From Thermodesulfobacteriota bacterium (lineage in GTDB: Bacteria; Desulfobacterota; Desulfarculia; JACQYL01): a stretch of DNA of 64,000 nucleotides. The DNA lies in contig CAXXLZ010000003.1 in NCBI GenBank assembly GCA_963675595.2, forward strand, positions 128,001 to 192,000. The letters run 5' to 3'. Each line of letters opens with the position of its first letter. Within the stretch, counting starts at the first letter, position 1. The translations under genes and the position numbers were made by a program. The notes under the pieces were generated by a model. The model had not been told where the DNA came from, ran no database searches, and was given only the letters and a program-made list of their open reading frames with translations. Shown here piece by piece: positions 58,107-64,000 of the stretch.

Positions 58107-58523
58107 AGCGGACCTCCTTGTAAAGTCTGGCATCATGGCGGGAGTCGTTATGAACCACCGGCCGGAATAGGGAGAGGGTCGACTTTTTGTTCCCTTCCCT
58201 TCGACGGATGCCGGCTTGCCGTCTCCGCGACACTCCCAGCATGCACATGGAAGATACATATTCTCGGAGTCCACAATAGCACAAATTTCTTTACCTGGAT
58301 ACCTTCCCCATGGCGGGCCCCGGTTGGCTTATCAGACAATTATTGATGCCGTGAAGGTTGACTCCATACAAGGAATGATTACCTAAAGGATAATTCCGGC
58401 GGCCCCGTGCGGCGGAAAGCAGCGGAGAACGCTTTTTGTTTGTGATGGAGGATGCGCCCATCTTATTGTTTTTGTTTATGAATAAGCCCAAGAATCTAGG
58501 GGTGCCGAAAGTGGAGTCTTGAC

Positions 58524-59147
58524 GTGTCGAATCCGATCAGGATCGAGGTGAAGGACATGGAAGCGGATGGTTACAGTGATATTCCTACGGAGAAACAAAT
58601 GAGCGGCCGGGAAGCCGATTTAACAAGGCCCGAGTTCGAGGGCGACGAGCAGGACGAAACAACGTTCGATGAAGAGACGGAAGCGGGGACCGAGTCCCGG
58701 GAGGACCTTAGGCGGACGATTGAGGAGATGAAAGACCGGTGGTTGCGCTCACAGGCGGAGTTTGAGAACTTTAAGAAACGCCTGGAGAGGGAGAAGCAGG
58801 AGTTCTGTAAGTTCGCCAACGAGTCCGTCATCAAAGATTTGCTGCCCACATTGGACAACCTGGATAGAGCGATGGAACACGTGGGCGAAGAAAACGGTAA
58901 CGATGCCCTGCGTGACGGGCTTGAACTCACACGAACAGGGCTGATGAATGTGCTGAAGAAGAACGGTCTCGAACCCATTGTGGCGGTGGGTGAGAAATTC
59001 GACCCCAATTTTCACGAAGCCGTCATGCAACAAGAAAGTGCGGAACACGATGAGAACGTAGTTCTTGAAGAAATACAGAAAGGGTATTTGCTTCACGGCA
59101 GATTGGTAAGGCCGTCCATCGTGGTCATATCCAAGACGCCCGCATAG
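58524..59147 (+). CDS. grpE: Nucleotide exchange factor GrpE
   Basis: AEFENFKKR, LLPTLDNLDRA, FDPNFHEAV, KGYLLHGRLVRP. Confidence 0.95.
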   Translation: MSNPIRIEVKDMEADGYSDIPTEKQMSGREADLTRPEFEGDEQDETTFDEETEAGTESREDLRRTIEEMKDRWLRSQAEFENFKKRLEREKQEFCKFANESVIKDLLPTLDNLDRAMEHVGEENGNDALRDGLELTRTGLMNVLKKNGLEPIVAVGEKFDPNFHEAVMQQESAEHDENVVLEEIQKGYLLHGRLVRPSIVVISKTPA

Positions 59148-59243
59148 ACATTGGGGTTGAAATAAGAGCTGAGCAAACCGGGGCACCATTCGGCACCATT
59201 CTATAGATTGGAATCGAAAGGGAATAAGGAGGGAACAGGACCT

Positions 59244-61157
59244 ATGGGAAAAATCATTGGAATCGATCTGGGGACGACGAACTCTTGTGTTGCGATCATG
59301 GAAGGTGGGGACCCCAAGGTCATCGCGAACATAGAGGGCAGCCGAACCACGCCTTCGATCGTCGCATTTACCGATTCCGGCGAAAGACTGGTCGGCCAAT
59401 CCGCCAAGCGACAGGCCATAACCAATCCGGATAACACGGTATTCGCGGTCAAACGATTGATCGGAAGAAGGTTCGAGGACCCCGTAGTTCAAAAGGACGT
59501 CAAGAACCTTCCCTATAAGATTGTGAAGGCCTCTAACGGGGACGCCCATATCGATATTAAGGGCAAAGGGTACAGTCCCGCGGAAATTTCCTCGATGGTA
59601 CTGACTAAGATGAAGCAGACCGCGGAGGAATATCTGGGCGAAAAGGTAACGGAAGCCGTAATCACGGTTCCTGCCTATTTTAACGACAGCCAGCGCCAGG
59701 CGACCAAGGACGCCGGTCGTATCGCGGGCCTGGATGTCAAGAGAATCATCAACGAACCGACTGCGGCATCCTTGGCTTACGGCCTGGACAAGAAGCGCGA
59801 CGAGACGATTGCGGTCTTCGACCTGGGTGGTGGGACTTTCGATATATCCGTCCTCGAACTGGGCGACGGAGTTTTCGAAGTAAAAGCCACCAATGGGGAT
59901 ACCCACTTGGGTGGTGAAGACTTCGACCTGAGGATCATCGACCATCTTGCCTCAGAGTTCATGAAGGATCAGGGTATCGATTTACGGAAGGACAAAATGG
60001 CTCTGCAGCGCCTCAAGGAAGCCGCAGAGAAGGCCAAGATGGAGCTTTCGACTTCGATGGAAACCGACATCAATCTTCCGTTCATCACGGCGGATGCGTC
60101 GGGTCCGAAGCACATGAACATTAAGTTGAGCAGAGCGAAACTTGAGGTGCTTGTCGAGGATTTGATTGAGAAGATGGTCGGTCCGGTACAGACCGCCCTC
60201 AAGGATGCAGGCGTCAAGACCGGTGACATTCAAGAAGTCGTGCTCGTGGGCGGAATGACCCGTATGCCCAAAGTGCAGCAGAAGGTAAAGGAGCTGTTCG
60301 GCAAAGAACCTCATAAGGGAGTCAACCCCGATGAGGTGGTGGCCATCGGTGCTGCGATTCAAGCCGGCGTGCTCGGTGGAGAGGTGAAGGACGTTCTCTT
60401 GCTGGACGTCACGCCCCTCTCTCTTGGAATCGAAACCCTCGGTGGGGTTTTCACCAAGCTCATCGAGAAGAATACGACCATCCCCACTCGGAAGAGCCAG
60501 ATTTTCTCGACCGCAGCGGACAACCAGCCCGCCGTGAGCATACATGTGCTCCAAGGGGAGCGCGAAATGGCCACGCATAACAAAACGCTGGGACGTTTCG
60601 AGCTTGTGGGGATTCCTGCCGCCCCCCGCGGCGTGCCCCAAATCGAGGTGACTTTCGACATCGACGCCAATGGAATTGTAAATGTTTCCGCCAAGGACCT
60701 GGGAACCGGCAAGGAACAATCCATTCGCATTACGGCTTCGAGCGGATTGTCCGAGGACGAAATTCAGGGACTTGTCAAGGACGCGGAATTGCACGCGGAA
60801 GAAGACCGTAAGGCCAAAGATCTGGCCGAGGCGCGAAACAACGCGGACTCCCTGATCTACACGACCGAAAAATCCATGAAGGATCTCGGGGATAAACTCG
60901 ACGAGGCCACCAAGAGCAACATTGAAGGCGTTATCCAACGCCTCAAGACCGCCATGGAAGGGACGGACGTCGACGCCATCAAGCAAACGTCCGAGGAGTT
61001 GATGCAGGCTTCTCATAAGCTGGCGGAACAAATCTACGCCCAGAGTACACAGCAATCCGGCGGCGGTCCCGAAGGCGGCCAGGACGCAGGGGGCAGGCCC
61101 GAGTCCGGAGGAGGCGACGAGGACGTGGTGGACGCGGACTTCGAAGAAGTCAAGTAA
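59244..61157 (+). CDS. dnaK: Chaperone DnaK
   Basis: [37 protein letters not shown]-terminal DADFEEVK. Confidence 0.99.
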   Translation: MGKIIGIDLGTTNSCVAIMEGGDPKVIANIEGSRTTPSIVAFTDSGERLVGQSAKRQAITNPDNTVFAVKRLIGRRFEDPVVQKDVKNLPYKIVKASNGDAHIDIKGKGYSPAEISSMVLTKMKQTAEEYLGEKVTEAVITVPAYFNDSQRQATKDAGRIAGLDVKRIINEPTAASLAYGLDKKRDETIAVFDLGGGTFDISVLELGDGVFEVKATNGDTHLGGEDFDLRIIDHLASEFMKDQGIDLRKDKMALQRLKEAAEKAKMELSTSMETDINLPFITADASGPKHMNIKLSRAKLEVLVEDLIEKMVGPVQTALKDAGVKTGDIQEVVLVGGMTRMPKVQQKVKELFGKEPHKGVNPDEVVAIGAAIQAGVLGGEVKDVLLLDVTPLSLGIETLGGVFTKLIEKNTTIPTRKSQIFSTAADNQPAVSIHVLQGEREMATHNKTLGRFELVGIPAAPRGVPQIEVTFDIDANGIVNVSAKDLGTGKEQSIRITASSGLSEDEIQGLVKDAELHAEEDRKAKDLAEARNNADSLIYTTEKSMKDLGDKLDEATKSNIEGVIQRLKTAMEGTDVDAIKQTSEELMQASHKLAEQIYAQSTQQSGGGPEGGQDAGGRPESGGGDEDVVDADFEEVK

Positions 61158-61407
61158 TCCGCCTTTTCTCCAAAGGCAATGGAGGCGCAAACGTTCTTCA
61201 TTCGCCTTTGGCCTACACGTCGAGGTTGTGATAGAATCCCCCCGTATTTCACTTCGAAACGCGGGTGGGATTCTTTTTTGAGGAGAAGGAATCCGTGAAC
61301 CGGACCTTGGACCTCGAAAACCGCTCTTCTCAAACCCGCGATGGTTCTTCTCATCCTTTTTGAAGCTTGTGAAGCCACGTAGGCTCCGAGCAGGTCTTGT
61401 CCCGGCT

Positions 61408-63375
61408 ATGATCATGCGAAAACCAATGAATCTGCTGATCTCCCTCGTCTTGGCCGCAACCGTTCTGCAGGGCGCCTCATGTCAGTTTCCTATTGTGCGC
61501 CCGACCAGCCCTCCGGCCGATACGCACGTCAATGAGACCGTTCCTCCGGCCCTTCCGGCGAATCGGGACGAGGTTCCGTATTTGGATCTGGCGCAGGAAG
61601 CCTATCTGAGAGGAGACCTGACGAAGGCACTCGATTTCTATTACGGACAACTCGAGCACTATCCCGAGTCTCGAGGAACCGACTTGGCTCTCTATCGCAT
61701 TGCGGCCATCGAGAGAGATCGGGGAAACCGGAGAGCCTCGGTGGAAGCGTGTCGACGTCTGATACGGTACTTCCCGGACAGTCGGTTCACCTTTGAAGCC
61801 TCGGTGCTTCTCGCCGTCCAACTTATGGATGCCGAGTACTTCAACGAAGCGAATGAAGCCCTCGACCAAGCGAAAAGCCGTATTACCACTCACGAGGAAA
61901 GGATGCGCGTGGGTCTGCTTCAAGCGGAACTCGCGGAGAGGAAGCAATCCTGGTCCGAGGCCTACCTGTGCCTGAATGATCTGTATGCCTTGGCCGATGA
62001 AAAGGAAAAGAAGGCGGTCGAGGAGAAAGCCAAGGGACTTCTTAAGCGCCTGACACGCTCGGAATTGGAAACCCTTCATCAAGAGCGTCCGGAAAGGTCG
62101 CTCGGAGGCCATCTGCTGTTGGAGCTCTGCCGACGATTCAAGGAGAGTGAAGAGTGGGGCGCGGCGGATGCATGCTATCGTGAATTTCTAGATCGTTATC
62201 CTCTTCACGATTATGCCGGGGAAGTGCAACGTATTCTTCCCCAGATCGAGTTGCGCCGTTCTGCTGAGTTTCGTCGATTAGGCTGTGTGCTTCCTCTCAC
62301 CGGAGACTATGCCGTCTACGGTCGACGTGTGCTGAACGGGGCCATGTTGGCCTTGAACAGCTTCAGGCCCGAGGAACGGGAGCGTATGCCTCAGGTCTTC
62401 GTCCGTGATTCTCAAGGAGTCCCCGCGGTTGCCGCCGACGCGATTCGAGAGCTTGTTGAAAAGGAAAACGTGGTCGCAATACTGGGCCCTCTGACGGGCG
62501 ATTCTTCGAGGGTGGCCGGCGCCGTTGCGGAAGAATTGCAGGTGCCTCTGATCACCTTGAGTCCTGCGGATGGGATCACTGGAATCGGACATTATGTATT
62601 CCGGAATTCGCTGACGGGACGACTGCAGACTAGGTCTCTCCTCCGCTACGCCCATGGAAAGCTGGGTCTCGGCAAGTTTGCCGTCCTCTACCCGGACAAT
62701 GATTATGGGCGACAGATGATGGAAGATTTTCGAAAAGAAGCCTCGCTGTTGTCCCTTGAAGTGAATAAGGTGGAGTCCTACTCGCCAAATATTCGTGACT
62801 TCAGCCAACCGGTGCTTAATCTCATTGGTGAGAGGCGATGGGCCAATTATCAGGAAAAGGTGAGGCGCGCGAAGCCCGGAGAATCCGTGACCCTGCGTTT
62901 GGATTTTCAAGGCCTGTTCATTCCGGACGACTATAGGAAAATCCTTCTCGTGGCGCCGCAGCTGGCGTTCCACGATTCCGAGGACATTTTCCTGATGGGC
63001 ACGAATCTCTGGAATTCACCGACTTTGGCCGAGCGAGGAGGGCAGTACCTGGCCCGTTCGGTTTTTGTCGCGGATTTCTTTCAGGACGGCGAAGCGGAGT
63101 CCGTCGCTGCATTTCAAAAAGAATACGAGCAAATGTTCGGTGAAAAAGGCGGATTCTTCGCCGCTTTGGGCCATGATACCATGTCGCTTCTCATTCATGC
63201 TTTGGAAGAGGACCGACTTCCCGATCGCCAGAGCATGCGAGGGAATATTGAAGCAACAAGCGATTTCCCCGGGTTGACCGGAGTGACTTCATTTCTACCG
63301 GGAGGAGAGGCGGACAAAGAGTTGCAGCTTCTGACCGTGCGGCACGGAAAAATCGTTCCCCTTGATTCAGAATAG
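61408..63375 (+). CDS. LpoA/LppC-like penicillin-binding-protein activator lipoprotein (TPR plus PBP1 fold)
   Basis: Lipobox GASC, TPRs, LGCVLPLTG, AILGPL, AVLYPDNDYG, FPGLTGVTSF; start 61408-61426. Confidence 0.82.
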   Translation: MIMRKPMNLLISLVLAATVLQGASCQFPIVRPTSPPADTHVNETVPPALPANRDEVPYLDLAQEAYLRGDLTKALDFYYGQLEHYPESRGTDLALYRIAAIERDRGNRRASVEACRRLIRYFPDSRFTFEASVLLAVQLMDAEYFNEANEALDQAKSRITTHEERMRVGLLQAELAERKQSWSEAYLCLNDLYALADEKEKKAVEEKAKGLLKRLTRSELETLHQERPERSLGGHLLLELCRRFKESEEWGAADACYREFLDRYPLHDYAGEVQRILPQIELRRSAEFRRLGCVLPLTGDYAVYGRRVLNGAMLALNSFRPEERERMPQVFVRDSQGVPAVAADAIRELVEKENVVAILGPLTGDSSRVAGAVAEELQVPLITLSPADGITGIGHYVFRNSLTGRLQTRSLLRYAHGKLGLGKFAVLYPDNDYGRQMMEDFRKEASLLSLEVNKVESYSPNIRDFSQPVLNLIGERRWANYQEKVRRAKPGESVTLRLDFQGLFIPDDYRKILLVAPQLAFHDSEDIFLMGTNLWNSPTLAERGGQYLARSVFVADFFQDGEAESVAAFQKEYEQMFGEKGGFFAALGHDTMSLLIHALEEDRLPDRQSMRGNIEATSDFPGLTGVTSFLPGGEADKELQLLTVRHGKIVPLDSE

Positions 63376-63551
63376 AAAGCGTCCTGATTGGAAGGTCCGG
63401 TTTTACTCTCTCGCCGTCTTCGAGGGTGATGTTACGGATAGCGAATAAGACCGCCTGCGCCACGCATTCACCCGTTCTCTCGGGTGTCTCCCCGTATAAA
63501 ACCAATTTGAGAGTGCGGTTTCGCCTTCCGCGTCGTGGCGGTCGGCGCCCC

Positions 63552-64000
63552 TTAGTCTTTGCTCTGAACGGTCGGACTATTCTCGGAGTCTTCTCCCGGC
63601 TCTCCCGGCTCTCCCGGCTCTTCCGGATTCGCCTCCGATTCCGGCGGCGGTTTCTTCCCGAAATACTTGGCTAGAATGATGCTGACCTCGAAGAGAAGCA
63701 GCAGGGGTCCCGCCATCATCAGCTGGGTGATTACATCGGGCGGTGTCAGGATGGCGGCGCCCACGAAGATCAGCAACACGGCATACTTGCGTCGTTTCCT
63801 TAGACTCTTGTAATTTACGACCCCTATTTTCGAAAGAAATAGAATCACGATCGGCAGTTCGAAGATGACCCCAAAGGCGAGCAGCAACTTCACAGAGAAG
63901 GAGAAGTATTGATTTACCGCCGGGAGGGCTTTTGCATAACCGGAACCCAGTGAAACGAAAAATTTGAAACCGAACGGGAAAACGACGGCGTAGCCGAAAA
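63552..64000 (-). CDS. tatC: Twin-arginine translocase subunit TatC (3' part, truncated by window)
   Basis: AFGVIFELP, RRKYA, AAILTPPD, PLLLLFEVSI. Confidence 0.93.
   Translation of the reverse strand, partial: FGYAVVFPFGFKFFVSLGSGYAKALPAVNQYFSFSVKLLLAFGVIFELPIVILFLSKIGVVNYKSLRKRRKYAVLLIFVGAAILTPPDVITQLMMAGPLLLLFEVSIILAKYFGKKPPPESEANPEEPGEPGEPGEDSENSPTVQSKD

Noticed and set aside
58749-61415. Long antisense ORFs (398 and 477 aa) opposite grpE/dnaK
   Set aside because: Well-known shadow frames of dnaK codon bias

Overview
GC-rich bacterial chromosome segment, most consistent with a Desulfobacterota (deltaproteobacterial) anaerobe, judging from the tmRNA tag ADNYEYALAA, the ntrY/ntrX-DUF4390-lpxC order and many sigma-54 regulators. 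All calls come from reading the sequence and ORF translations; no database search was run. Layout: (1) 1-16.1 kb, PEP-CTERM/exosortase-A-associated EPS locus (FemAB-like, tyrosine kinase, chain-length determinant, split sugar transferase, AAA ATPase, CAAX protease, deacetylase, prsR-prsK-prsT); (2) 16.3-28.6 kb, core-like genes (PilZ, ntrX/ntrY, DUF4390, lpxC, EndoQ-like, TPR, mltA, 4Fe-4S protein); (3) 28.9-40.9 kb, accessory zone around tmRNA and tRNA-Lys (NarL-type two-component system with a receiver-only duplicate and a duplicated cis-element before a CSLREA adhesin, IS3 and RAYT relics, MITE/REP-like repeats, delta-60 lipoprotein, and a decayed tRNA-Lys islet keeping only a toxin-antitoxin pair); (4) 41-57 kb, pduO, a sigma-54-type sensor/CBS-regulator/DASS-transporter module, hydrolase, kinase, UDG, nitroreductase, L,D-transpeptidase plus Lpp-like lipoprotein; (5) smpB (probable AUU start), grpE-dnaK, LpoA/LppC-like lipoprotein and partial tatC. 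No CRISPR array or rRNA was seen. The best candidates for something undescribed are the receiver-sink/adhesin circuit and the kinase-REC-CBS-DASS module; both are inferences.
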